64,000 bases of DNA from Eledone cirrhosa (GCA_964016885.1 OZ024766.1:13144001-13208000); one strand, 5' to 3'; positions 38,801-53,289 are shown, counted from the stretch's first letter. The notes: generated by a model from the letters alone, not told the origin. Numbers and translations: made by a program.

Positions 38801-41800
38801 ACACCACCACCACCACCACTACACCACCACCACCACCACCAACACCACCACGCCACCACCACCACAACACCACCACCACCAACACCACCACCACCACCAA
38901 CACCACCACCACCACCACCACCAACAACAACACCACCACCAACACCACCACCAACACCACCAACACCACCACCAACACCACCACCACCACCAACACCACC
39001 ACCACCACCACCACCACCAACACCACCACCACCACCACCACCACCACCAACACCACCACCACCACTACACCACCACCACCACACCACCACCACCACCAAC
39101 ACCACCACCACCAACACCACCACCACCACCAACACCACCACCACCACCACCACTACACCACCACCACCAACACCACCACCACCACCAACACCACCACCAT
39201 CACCACCAACACCACCACCAACACCACCACCATCACCACCACCACCAACACCACCACCAACACCACCAACACCACCAACACCACCACCATCACCACCAAC
39301 ACCACCACCATCACCACCAACACCACCACCACCACCAACACCACCACCACTACCACCACCCCCACCACCACACCACCACCCACACCACCACCAACACCAC
39401 CATCACCACACCACCACCAACACCACCACCACCAACACCACCACCACCACCACCAACACCACCACCACAACCAACACCACCACCACCACTACCGCCACCA
39501 CCACCACCACCATGACAACACCCCCCCCCCCCCCCCCCCACCACCAACACCACCACCAACACCACCACCAACACCACCACCACCACCAACAACACCACCA
39601 CCAACACCACCACCACCATCACCACCAACACCACCACCACCACCAACACCACCACCACTACCACCACCCACACCACCACCTCCACCACCACCAACACCAC
39701 CACCACCACACCACCACCAACAACAACAACAACACCACCACCAACACCACCACCAACACCACCACCACCCCACCACCACCACCACCACCAACACCAACAC
39801 CACCACCACCAACACCACCACCACCACCAACAACACCACCACCACCACTACACCACCACCACCACCACCACCACCAACACCACCACCACAACCAACACCA
39901 CCACCACCACCACCGCCACCACCACCACCACCACCGCCACCACCACCACCACCACCACCATCACCAACAACACCACCACCAACACCACCACCACCACCAA
40001 CAACACCACCACACCAACACCACCACCAACACCACCACCAAACACCACCATCACCACCACCACCACCACCACCACCAAACACCACCACCACCACCACCAC
40101 CATCACCACCACCAAACACCACCACCACCACTACCACCACCACCACCACCACCACCACCATCACCAACAACACCACCATCACCACCACCAACACCACCAC
40201 CAATACCACCACCGCCACCACCACCACCACCACCACCATCACCAACAACACCACCACCAACACCACCACCACTACCACCACCGCCACCACCACCACCGCC
40301 ACCACCACCACCACCATCACCAACAACACCACCACCAACACCACCACCACCACCAACAAAACCACCACACCAACACCACCACCACCACCAAACACCACCA
40401 CCACCACCACCACCATCACCACCACCAAACACCACCACCACCACCACCACTACCACCACCACCACCACCACCACCACCGCCACCACCACCACCACCACCA
40501 CCATCACCAACAACACCAACACCACCACCACCACCACCATCACCACCACCAACACCACCACCACTACCACCACCGCCACCACCACCACCACCACCACCAC
40601 CACCATCACCAACAACACCACCACCAACACCACCACCACCACCAACAACACCACCACCAACACCACCACCACCACCATCACCAACAACACCAACACCACC
40701 ACCACCACCACCATCACCACCACCAACACCACCACCACTACCACCACCGCCACCACCACCAACACCACCACCACCACCAACAACACCACCACCAACACCA
40801 CCACCACCACCATCACCAACAACACCACCACCAACACCACCACCACCACCATCACCAACAACACCACCACCACCACCAACACCACCACCACCATCACCAA
40901 CAACACCACCACCAACACCACCACCACCACCACCACCACCAACAACACCACCACCAACACCACCACCACCACCAACAACACCACCACCAACACCACCACC
41001 ACCACCAACAACACCACCACCAACACCACCACCACCACCAACAACACCACCACCAACACCACCACCACCACCAACAACACCACCACCAACACCACCACCA
41101 CCACCAACAACACCACCACCACACCAACACCACCACCATCACCACCACCACCATCACCAACAACACCACCACCACCACCACCACCACCACCATCACCGCC
41201 AACACCACCATCGCCACCAACACCAACACTACACCACCGCCACCACCACCATCACCATCACCACCACCACCACCACCATCACCAACAACACCACCATCGC
41301 CACCACCACCAACACCACCACTACACCACCACCACCACCATCACCACCACCACCACCAGGAACACCACCACCAACACCACCACCACCACCACCACCACCA
41401 CCACCACCAACATCACCACCGCCACCACCACCAACACCACCACCATCACCACCACCACCATCACCACCACCAACACCACTACACCACCACCACCACCACT
41501 ACACCACCACCACCACACCACCACCACCACCAACACCACCACCACCACCACCACCACCACCACCACCACCACCACCACACACCACCACCACCACCACCAA
41601 CACCACAACACCACCACCACCACAACACCACCACAACACCACCACCACCACCACCAACACCACCACCACCAACACCACCACCACCACCACCACCACCACC
41701 AACAACACCACCAACACCACCACCAACACCACCACCACCACCACCACCACCACCACCACCACCAACACCACACACCACCACCACACCACCACCACCACCA

Positions 41801-43560
41801 CTACACCACCACCACCACCACCAACACCACCACGCCACCACCACCACAACACCACCACCACCAACACCACCACCACCACCAACACCACCACCACCACCAC
41901 CACCAACAACAACACCACCACCAACACCACCACCAACACCACCAACACCACCACCAACACCACCACCACCACCAACACCACCACCACCACCACCACCACC
42001 AACACCACCACCACCACCACCACCACCACCAACACCACCACCACCACTACACCACCACCACCACACCACCACCACCACCAACACCACCACCACCAACACC
42101 ACCACCACCACCAACACCACCACCACCACCACCACTACACCACCACCACCAACACCACCACCACCACCAACACCACCACCATCACCACCAACACCACCAC
42201 CAACACCACCACCATCACCACCACCACCAACACCACCACCAACACCACCAACACCACCAACACCACCACCATCACCACCAACACCACCACCATCACCACC
42301 AACACCACCACCACCACCAACACCACCACCACTACCACCACCCCCACCACCACACCACCACCCACACCACCACCAACACCACCATCACCACACCACCACC
42401 AACACCACCACCACCAACACCACCACCACCACCACCAACACCACCACCACAACCAACACCACCACCACCACTACCGCCACCACCACCACCACCATGACAA
42501 CCCCCCCCCCCCCCCCCCACCACCAACACCACCACCAACACCACCACCAACACCACCACCACCACCAACAACACCACCACCAACACCACCACCACCATCA
42601 CCACCAACACCACCACCACCACCAACACCACCACCACTACCACCACCCACACCACCACCTCCACCACCACCAACACCACCACCACCACACCACCACCAAC
42701 AACAACAACAACACCACCACCAACACCACCACCAACACCACCACCACCCCACCACCACCACCACCACCAACACCAACACCACCACCACCAACACCACCAC
42801 CACCACCAACAACACCACCACCACCACTACACCACCACCACCACCACCAACAACAACACCACCACCACCATTACACCACCACCACACCACCACCACCACC
42901 ACTACACCCCCCACCCCACCACTACACCACCACCACCACCAACACCACCACCACCACCAACACCACCACCACCACCACAGCACCACCACCACCACCACTA
43001 CCACCACACCACCACCACCACCACCAACACCACCACCACCACCACACCACCACCACACCACCACCACCACCAACACCACCACCAACACCACCACCACTAC
43101 CACCACTACCACCACCACTACCCCCCCCCCCCCCCCCCCCCCACCCCCACCACCACCACCACCACCACCACCACCAACACCACCACCACCACCACACCAC
43201 CACCACTACCACCACACCACCACCACCAACACCACCACCACCACCACACCACCACCACACCACCACCACCACCAACACCACCACCACCACCACCACCACA
43301 ACACCACCACCAACACCACCAACACCACCACCACCCCCACCACCACTACCACCACCCCCACCACTACCACCACCACCACCAACACCACCACCACCACCAC
43401 ACCACTACCACCAACACCACCACCACCACCACCACCACCACCAAACACCACCACCACCACCATCACCACCAACAACACCACCACCACCAACACCACCACC
43501 ATCACCACCACACCACCACCACCACACCACCACCACCACCACCACCACCAACAACAACAA
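32801..43560. repeat. 10.8-kb degenerate (CAC/ACC)n trinucleotide tract with ~2.8-3.0-kb higher-order duplications
   Basis: Almost only C and A on the + strand. Marker CATGACAAC plus a C-run at 36724, 39511 and 42493; CCAGGAAC near 38569 and 41356 (offset 2787). Confidence 0.98.
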
Positions 43561-43656
43561 TCAAGTGTAATATAATATCGATAACTAATTGGCAATGCCA
43601 ATGCCTCACCATTACCATGGTAACCAGCTGACATTGACAGAATGGTGTATATATAT

Positions 43657-43980
43657 ATCATCATCATCATCATCATCATTTTACGTCCGCTCTTCCCTGC
43701 TTGCAAGGGTGGGACGGGTCCTATACAGCACAGCATCTCTCCACTTGTCACGGTCCTTCGTCATCTCCACCGTGAACTTCAGCGATCTGAGGTCTGTTCT
43801 CACCACCTCCGCCCATGTTTTTCCTTGTCTACCTCTTCTGTGTCTTCTTTCTACTGGGATTTCCTGGCACTTCTTCACCCATCGGTCATCCTCCATGCGC
43901 ATCACATGTCCATACCACCTCAGTCTCCTCTCCTGTACACTACATTCTATCCCTCTCAGACACAGTTTCTCTCTCAACAC
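43657..43980 (-). mobile_element. RTE-clade LINE 3' end
   Basis: Minus-strand LREKLCLRGIECSVQERRLRWYGHVMRMEDDRWVKKC...RGRQGKTWAEVV...RDKWR, then tail and (TGA)n. Closely similar to 59133-59452. Confidence 0.93.
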
Positions 43981-46900
43981 ATCACATGTCCATACCACCT
44001 CAGTCTCCTCTCCCGTACACTACATTCTATCCCTCTCAGACACAGTTTCTCTCTCAACACATCACATGTCCATACCACCTCAGTCTCCTCTCCCGTACAC
44101 TACATTCTATCCCTCTCAGACACAGTTTCTCTCTCAACACATCACATGTCCATACCACCTCAGTCTCCTCTCCCGTACACTACATTCTATCCCTCTCAGA
44201 CACAGTTTCTCTCTCAACACATCACATGTCCATACCACCTCAGTCTCCTGTCCCGTACACTACATTCTATCTCTCTCAGACACAGTTTCTCTCTCAACAC
44301 ATCACATGTCCATACCACCTCAGTCCCCTCTCCCGTACACTATCCCTCTCAGACACAGTTTCTCTCTCAACACATCACATGTCCATACCACCTCAGTCTC
44401 CTCTCCCGTACACTACATTCTATCCCTCTCAGACACAGTTTCTCTCTCAACACATCACATGTCCATACCACCTCAGTCTCCTCTCCCGTACACTACATTC
44501 TATCCCTCTCAGACACAGTTTCTCTCTCAACACATCACATGTCCATACCACCTCAGTCTCCTCTCCCGTACACTACATTCTATCCCTCTCAGACACAGTT
44601 TCTCTCTCAACACATCACATGTCCATACCACCTCAGTCTCCTCTCCCGTACACTACAATCTATCCCTCTCGGACACAGTTTCTCTCTCAACACATTACAT
44701 GTCCATACCACCTCAGTCTCCTCTCCCGTACACTACATTCTATCCCTCTCAGACACAGTTTCTCTCTCAACACATCACATGTCCATACCACCTCAGTCTC
44801 CTCTCCCGTACACTACATTCTATCCCTCTCAGACACAGTTTCTCTCTCAACACATCACATGTCCATACCACCTCAGTCTCCTCTCCCGTACACTACATTC
44901 TATCCCTCTCAGACACAGTTTCTCTCTCAACACATTACATGTCCATACCACCTCAGTCTCCTCTCCCGTACACTACATTCTATCCCTCTCAGACACAGTT
45001 TCTCTCTCAACACATCACATGTCCATACCACCTCAGTCTCCTCTCCCGTACACTACATTCTATCCCTCTCAGACACAGTTTCTCTCTCAACACATTACAT
45101 GTCCATACCACCTCAGTCTCCTCTCCCGTACACTACATTCTATCCTTCTCAGACACAGTTTCTCTCTCAACACATCACATGTCCATACCACCTCAGTCTC
45201 CTCTCCCGTACACTACATTCTATCCTTCTCAGACACAGTTTCTCTCTCAACACATCACATGTCCATACCATCTCAGTCTCCTGTCCCGTACACTACATTC
45301 TATCCCTCTCAGATACAGTTTCTCTCTCAACACATCACATGTCCATACCACCTCAGTCTCCTCTCCCGTACACTACATTCTATCCTTCTCAGACACAGTT
45401 TCTCTCTCAACACATCACATGTCCATACCACCTCAGTCTCCTCTCCCGTACACTACATTCTATCCTTCTCAGACACAGTTTCTCTCTCAACACATCACAT
45501 GTCCATACCATCTCAGTCTCCTGTCCCGTACACTACATTCTATCCCTCTCAGATACAGTTTCTCTCTCAACACATCACATGTCCATACCACCTCAGTCTC
45601 CTCTCCCGTACACTACATTCTATCCTTCTCAGACACAGTTTCTCTCTCAACACATCACATTCCATACCACCTCAGCCTCCTCTCCCGTACACTACATTCT
45701 ATCCCTCTCAGACACAGTTTCTCTCTCAACACATCACATGTCCATACCACCTCAGTCTCCTCTCCCGTACACTACATTCTATCCTTCTCAGACACAGTTT
45801 CTCTCTCAACACATCACATGTCCATACCACCTCAGTCTCCTCTCCCGTACACTACATTCTATCCTTCTCAGACACAGTTTCTCTCTCAACACATCACATG
45901 TCCATACCACCTCAGTCTCCTCTCCCGTACACTACATTCTATCCTTCTCAGACACAGTTTCTCTCTCAACACATCACATGTCCATACCACCTCAGTCTCC
46001 TCTCCCGTACACTACATTCTATCCTTCTCAGACACAGTTTCTCTCTCAACACATCACATGTCCATACCACCTCAGTCTCCTCTCCCGTACACTACATTCT
46101 ATCCCTCTCAGACACAGTTTCTCTCTCAACACATCACATGTCCATACCACCTCAGTCTCCTCTCCCGTACACTATCCCTCTCAGACACAGTTTCTCTCTC
46201 AACACATCACATGTCCATACCACCTCAGTCTCCTCTCCCGTACACTACATTCTATCCTTCTCAGACACAGTTTCTCTCTCAACACATCACATGTCCATAC
46301 CACCTCAGTCTCCTCTCCCGTACACTACATTCTATCCTTCTCAGACACAGTTTCTCTCTCAACACATCACATGTCCATACCATCTCAGTCTCCTCTCCCG
46401 TACACTACATTCTATCCCTCTCAGACACAGTTTCTCTCTCAACACATCACATGTCCATACCACCTCAGTCTCCTCTCCCGTACACTATCCCTCTCAGACA
46501 CAGTTTCTCTCTCAACACATCACATGTCCATACCACCTCAGTCTCCTCTCCCGTACACTACATTCTATCCCTCTCAGACACAGTTTCTCTCTCAACACAT
46601 CACATGTCCATACCACCTCAGTCTCCTCTCCCGTACACTACATTCTATCCCTCTCAGACACAGTTTCTCTCTCAACACATCACATGTCCATACCACCTCA
46701 GTCTCCTCTCCCGTACACTACATTCTATCCCTCTCAGACACAGTTTCTCTCTCAACACATCACATGTCCATACCACCTCAGTCTCCTCTCCCGTACACTA
46801 CATTCTATCCCTCTCGGACACAGTTTCTCTCTCAACACATTACATGTCCATACCACCTCAGTCTCCTCTCCCGTACACTACATTCTATCCCTCTCAGACA

Positions 46901-49460
46901 CAGTTTCTCTCTCAACACATCACATGTCCATACCACCTCAGTCTCCTCTCCCGTACACTACATTCTATCCCTCTCAGACACAGTTTCTCTCTCAACACAT
47001 CACATGTCCATACCACCTCAGTCTCCTCTCCCGTACACTACATTCTATCCCTCTCAGACACAGTTTCTCTCTCAACACATTACATGTCCATACCACCTCA
47101 GTCTCCTCTCCCGTACACTACATTCTATCCCTCTCAGACACAGTTTCTCTCTCAACACATCACATGTCCATACCACCTCAGTCTCCTCTCCCGTACACTA
47201 CATTCTATCCCTCTCAGACACAGTTTCTCTCTCAACACATTACATGTCCATACCACCTCAGTCTCCTCTCCCGTACACTACATTCTATCCTTCTCAGACA
47301 CAGTTTCTCTCTCAACACATCACATGTCCATACCACCTCAGTCTCCTCTCCCGTACACTACATTCTATCCTTCTCAGACACAGTTTCTCTCTCAACACAT
47401 CACATGTCCATACCACCTCAGTCTCCTGTCCCGTACACTACATTCTATCCCTCTCAGATACAGTTTCTCTCTCAACACATCACATGTCCATACCACCTCA
47501 GTCTCCTCTCCCGTACACTACATTCTATCCTTCTCAGACACAGTTTCTCTCTCAACACATCACATTCCATACCACCTCAGCCTCCTCTCCCGTACACTAC
47601 ATTCTATCCCTCTCAGACACAGTTTCTCTCTCAACACATCACATGTCCATACCACCTCAGTCTCCTCTCCCGTACACTACATTCTATCCTTCTCAGACAC
47701 AGTTTCTCTCTCAACACATCACATGTCCATACCACCTCAGTCTCCTCTCCCGTACACTACATTCTATCCTTCTCAGACACAGTTTCTCTCTCAACACATC
47801 ACATGTCCATACCACCTCAGTCTCCTCTCCCGTACACTACATTCTATCCTTCTCAGACACAGTTTCTCTCTCAACACATCACATGTCCATACCACCTCAG
47901 TCTCCTCTCCCGTACACTACATTCTATCCTTCTCAGACACAGTTTCTCTCTCAACACATCACATGTCCATACCACCTCAGTCTCCTCTCCCGTACACTAC
48001 ATTCTATCCTTCTCAGACACAGTTTCTCTCTCAACACATCACATGTCCATACCACTTCAGTCTCCTCTCCCGTACACTACATTCTATCCCTCTCAGACAC
48101 AGTTTCTCTCTCACCACATCACATGTCCATACCATCTCAGTCTCCTCTCCCGTACACTACATTCTATCCCTCTCAGACACAGTTTCTCTCTCAACACATC
48201 ACATGTCCATACCACCTCAGTCTCCTCTCCCGTACACTACATTCTATCCCTCTCAGACACAGTTTCTCTCTCAACACATCACATGTCCATACCACCTCAG
48301 TCTCCTCTCCCGTACACTACATTCTATCCCTCTCAGACACAGTTTCTCTCTCACCACATCACATGTCCATACCATCTCAGTCTCCTCTCCCGTACACTAC
48401 ATTCTATCCCTCTCAGACACAGTTTCTCTCTCAACACATCACATGTCCATACCACCTCAGTCTCCTCTCCCGTACACTACATTCTATCCTTCTCAGACAC
48501 AGTTTCTCTCTCAACACATCACATGTCCATACCACCTCAGTCTCCTCTCCCGTACACTACATTCTATCCTTCTCAGACACAGTTTCTCTCTCAACACATC
48601 ACATGTCCATACCACTTCAGTCTCCTCTCCCGTACACTACATTCTATCCCTCTCAGACACAGTTTCTCTCTCACCACATCACATGTCCATACCATCTCAG
48701 TCTCCTCTCCCGTACACTACATTCTATCTCTCTCAGACACAGTTTCTCTCTCAACACATCACATGTCCATACCACCTCAGTCTCCTCTCCCGTACACTAC
48801 ATTCTATCCCTCTCAGACACAGTTTCTCTCTCAACACATCACATGTCCATACCACCTCAGTCTCCTCTCCCGTACACTACATTCTATCTCTCTCAGACAC
48901 AGTTTCTCTCTCAACACATCACATGTCCATACCATCTCAGTCTTCTCTCCCAATCACTACAACTTATCCCTCTTATACACAGTTAATCTCTCAACATATC
49001 ACATGTCCATACCATCTCAGTTTTCTCTCCCACACACCACAACTTATCCCTCTTATACACAGTTTCTCTCTCAACACATCACATGTCCATACCATCTCAG
49101 TCTTCTCTCCCACACACCACAACTTATCCCTCTTATACCCAGTTTCTCCCTCAACACATCACATGTCCATACCATCTCGGTCTTCTCTCCCACACACTAC
49201 AACTTATCCCTCTTATACACAGTTTCTCTCTCAACGCATCACATGTCCATTCCATCTCAGTCTTCTCTCCCACACACTACAACTTATGGACATGTGATGT
49301 GTTGAGAGAGAAACTGTGTATAAGAGGGATAAGTTGTAACTTATCCCTCTTATACACAGTTTCTCTCTCAACACATCACATGTCCATACCATCTCAGTCT
49401 TCTCTCCCACACACCACAACTTATCCCTCTTATACCCAGTTTCTCTCTTACCTCATCACA
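43901..49460 (-). repeat. 80-bp satellite (~68 units) derived from RTE coding sequence
   Basis: Unit ATCACATGTCCATACCACCTCAGTCTCCTCTCCCGTACACTACATTCTATCCCTCTCAGACACAGTTTCTCTCTCAACAC is antisense to the LREKL...RLRWYGHVM segment and continuous with the LINE 3' end. Confidence 0.97.
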
Positions 49461-50110
49461 TGTTAGGGTGGTAGATTGGTAGTAAGGGTAGAGGGTCAGA
49501 TGCCATGTTAGTGTGGTAGATTTGCAGTATTGGTAGAGGGTCAGATGTCAGGTTAGGGTGGTGGGTTGGCAGTAAGGGTAGAGGGTCAGACACCATGTTA
49601 GGGTGGTAGATTTGCAGTATTGGTAGAGGGTCAGATGTCAGGTTAGGGTGGTGGGTTGGCAGTAAGGGTAGAGGGTCAGATGTCATGTTAGGGTGGTGGG
49701 TTGGCAGTATTGGTAGAGGGTCAGATGTCAGGTTAGGGTGGTGGGTTGGCAGTATTTGTAGAGGGTCAGATGTCAGGTTAGGGTGGTGGGTTGGCAGTAT
49801 TTGTAGAGGGTCAGACACCATGTTAGGGTGGTGGGTTGGCAGTATTGGTAGAGGGTCAGATGTCAGGTTAGGGTGGTGGGTTGGCAGTAAGGGTAGAGGG
49901 TCAGACACCATGTTAGGGTGGTGGATTGGCAGTATTGGTAGAGGGTCGGATGCCATTCTTTGACACATAGAGTTACGGCCCTTTCCATTCTGAGTTAAAA
50001 TCCCGCCGAGGTTAACTTTGCCTTTCATCCTTACGGGGTCAATAAGATAAAGTACCAGTAATACACTGGGGTAATTGCTGGCCTTGTGCCTAACGTAGAA
50101 ACAATTATTA
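49461..50110 (+). mobile_element. Second-family SINE with its 5' 45 bp amplified 11 times
   Basis: 45-bp unit TGTTAGGGTGGTGGGTTGGCAGTATTGGTAGAGGGTCAGATGCCA over 49461-49955; the last unit runs into a SINE body matching 6276-6468. Confidence 0.9.
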
Positions 50111-50112
50111 CA

Positions 50113-50262
50113 GTCCATCCAATGTAGCATGCATGCATGCTTCCTGTGTACCAGTCTTCTGCACACACCGCCAAAATCTCGCTACCATGCAACATTGATG
50201 TTCCTATGCATGCATTAAACAGTTTGCCTTCCATTTTCAGGGAAAAGTCTTCCATCGCGCGG
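50113..50262 (-). mobile_element. Degraded RTE LINE fragment
   Basis: Minus-strand FSLKMEGKLFNACIGTSMLHGSEILAVCAED matches MKGRLYDACIRTAMLHGSETWALCAED in the 62210..62602 ORF. Confidence 0.8.
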
Positions 50263-50310
50263 ATAAACCCCCAACTATTGCTGCTACTCATGTTCAGATT
50301 AGTAGACTGG

Positions 50311-52022
50311 ATCAACATGGAATGTGTTTTGATCAACATGGAATTTGTTTTGATCAACATGAAATGTGTTTTGTTCAACATGAAATGTGTTTTGACCAAC
50401 ATGAAATGTGTTTTGATCAACATGAAATGTGTTTTGTTCAACATGGAATGTGTTTTGATCAACATGAAATGTGTTTTCACCAACATGAAATGTGTTTTGA
50501 TCAACATGAAATGTGTTTTGATCAACATGAAATGTGTTTTGACCAACATGAAATGTGTTTTGATCAACATGAAATGTGTTTTGACCAACATGAAATGTGT
50601 TTTGATCAACATGAAATGTGTTTTGATCAACATGAAATGTGTTTTCATCAACATGAAATGTGTTTTGACCAACATGAAATGTGTTTTGATCAACATGAAA
50701 TGTGTTTTGTTCAACATGGAATGTGTTTTGTTCAACATGGAATGTGTTTTGTTCAACATGAAATGTGTTTTGATCAACATGAAATGTGTTTTGATCAACA
50801 TGAAATGTGTTTTGTTCAACATGAAATGTGTTTTGATCAACATGAAATGTGTTTTGATCAACATGAAATGTGTTTTGACTAACATGAAATGTGTTTTGAC
50901 CAACATGAAATGTGTTTTGATCAACATGAAATGTGTTTTGACCAACATGAAATGTGTTTTGACTAACATGAAATGTGTTTTGACCAACATGAAATGTGTT
51001 TTGATCAACATGAAATGTGTTTTGACCAACATGAAATGTGTCTTGTTCAACATGGAATGTGTTTTGTTCAACATGAAATGTGTTTTGACCAACATGAAAT
51101 GTGTTTTGATCAACATGAAATGTGTTTTGATCAACATGGAATGTGTTTTCATCAACATGAAATGTGTTTTGATCAACATGAAATGTGTTTTGATCAACAT
51201 GAAATGTGTTTTGATCAACATGAAGTGTGTTTTTGATCAACATGAAATGTGTTTTGACCAACATGCAATGTGTTTTTGATCAACATGAAATGTGTTTTGA
51301 CCAACATGAAATGTGTTTTGACCAACATGGAATGTGTTTTTGATCAACATGAAATGTTTGATCAACATGAAATGTGTTTTGATCAACATGAAATGTGTTT
51401 TGACCAACATGGAATGTGTTTTCACCAACATGGAATGTGTTTTGATCAACATGAAATGTGTTTTGATCAATATGAAGTGTGTTTTGACCAACATGAAATG
51501 TGTTTTGATCAACATGAAATGTATTTTGACCAACATGAAATGCGTTTTGGCAAACATGAAATGTGTTTTGATCAACATGAAATGTGTTTTGATCAACATG
51601 AAATGTGTTTTGATCAACATGAAATGTGTTTTGACCAACATGGAATGTGTTTTGATCAACATGAAATGTGTTTTGATCAACATGAAATGTGTTTTGATCA
51701 ACATGAAATGTGTTTTGATCAACATGAAATGTGTTTTGATCAACATGAAATGTGTTTTGACCAACATGGAATGTGTTTTGACCAACATGAAATGTGTTTT
51801 GACCAACATGGAATGTGTTTTGATCAACATGGAATGTGTTTTGATCAACATGAAATGTGTTTTGACCAACATGAAATGTGTTTTGACCAACATGAAATGT
51901 GTTTTGACCAACATGAAATGTGTTTTGAGCAACATGAAATGTGTTTTGACCAACATGAAATGTGTTTTGATCAACATGAAATGTGTTTTGACCAACATGA
52001 AATGTGTTTTGATCAACATGAA
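50311..52022. repeat. 21-bp minisatellite (~81 units)
   Basis: Unit ATCAACATGAAATGTGTTTTG with A/T and T/C variants. Confidence 0.98.
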
Positions 52023-52173
52023 ACCCACCGAAAATAAATAAGACATTATGATCTTAAGTCAAACACACCTACACTACGTGTCTCCAATCAAAAATACATA
52101 TACATTATATATTCATTAGTTAAGCAAAACAAGACCACAAATTTCACAAGGAAGACATTATTAAAAGAATGTC

Positions 52174-53079
52174 CCGTTCATTCGGACCATTCTCGCTACA
52201 TTCACCCACCTTTTAAGATACTTGCTTGAAAGCAGCACTTGCCTCTCCACCCTGATTTTCCTCTTCAAGTGAAACTTGAAAAAGTTAATTAGGGATTCCC
52301 CGAAGAGGAAAGTGTTTGTCTTTAACCTTGTCCACCACACAATCTCTTTCGCCATGGTCACCAACCAGATGAAAACCGCCTGCCCTTCCTCCTCGAAGGA
52401 AGACAGCGAGACCATCTGCACAATGGACTCAGTCGACAACCGGATCAGTCCCACACGTGACAGCAACTGTTCGACATAGCTCCACAAGTCAGCAATGCTC
52501 GGGCACTGAACGAGTGCGTGCACAACGGTTTCGTCGCTCTGCACGCATCTCGGACAGGCTCAGCTGACGGCACTTCCATGCCTGTAGAGCTTATCTCGAA
52601 CCGGCAGCGCTCCCCGGTAGCACTGCCAGGCCAGGGATTTTTGGAAGTTATCCATAGGCCCTGGGCTGAAAGTTCTCCGGAAGAGAGCAAACAGCTGATC
52701 TTCTTCAACGTCCAGGATCTCTCCGAAAATGTCGTCGCTCTTCCCTTCCACTAGTCCTCTATAGAACGTCTGAATATACGTCTGTAGTTTGAGAGATGGA
52801 AAAATTGAGAGAGGGCGCTTGCCCTGGTGGTCAGGGTGGCGTGGTCTTTTGTGTGGTTTTCGCCACTAGTAACCCTCGGAGGTTTCCCCCCGTATTGGGG
52901 AATTTTTCATTGTTTCAATTTTCATTTTTATTGTTTATATATATATATGTTTTATGTCCTTTTTTTTCTTCTCTTATATAAATAATACAAATATTTACAC
53001 GCACAAAACCCACATCGTATCGTCCTGTGCCGTCTGTAATGTTTTTCTTGATGGCAGCCCTTGTGTCCAATAAAGAAAT
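52174..53079. mobile_element. 5'-truncated, 5'-inverted L1/Tx1-type LINE with 18-bp TSD
   Basis: TSD CATTATTAAAAGAATGTC at 52156-52173 and 53080-53097. ORF2 C-terminus with zinc knuckle (QSDETVVHALVQC; YRGALPVRDKL) on the minus strand 52174-~52768; 3' UTR with AATAAA on the plus strand. Confidence 0.85.
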
Positions 53080-53167
53080 CATTATTAAAAGAATGTCAAC
53101 ATATTTTAGTTTGATGTAAGGCATGTAGAGAATAATAATAATAATAATATTAATAATAATAATGTCC

Positions 53168-53289
53168 GTTTACAATTGTTTCGCTACTCCATATAATATT
53201 CCTGGATCAGATGACTATATATGATAATTGATCTGTTCAGTTGAAAATAATTAACATATTTAAAAGACAGAGCGGCTCATCGGAACTTC
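53168..53289 (-). ncRNA. Hammerhead-like motif with CCGAUGA core variant (family F)
   Basis: Minus strand GAAGTT-CCGATGA-GCCGCTC...GAGTAGC-GAAA-CAATTG-TA-AAC: palindromic stem III, 3-bp stem I, long stem II. Confidence 0.55.

Noticed and set aside
32788-43575. 3595-aa and 2281-aa His/Thr/Pro ORFs resembling mucin or extensin
   Set aside because: C/A-only sequence cannot form stops; random phase shifts between poly-H, -T and -P show no frame selection; no signal peptide.
43589-49305. 1700-1900-aa ORFs in three frames
   Set aside because: Antisense of an 80-bp LINE-derived satellite; the unit is not a multiple of 3.
49461-49955. Interstitial telomeric repeat (TTAGGG in most units)
   Set aside because: One hexamer per 45-bp unit at the SINE-head junction; never tandem.
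50031-52046. Heptad-repeat ORFs (MLIKTHF, NMKCVLI, DQHEMCF)
   Set aside because: 21-bp minisatellite open on both strands, with frameshifting indels near 51230-51360.
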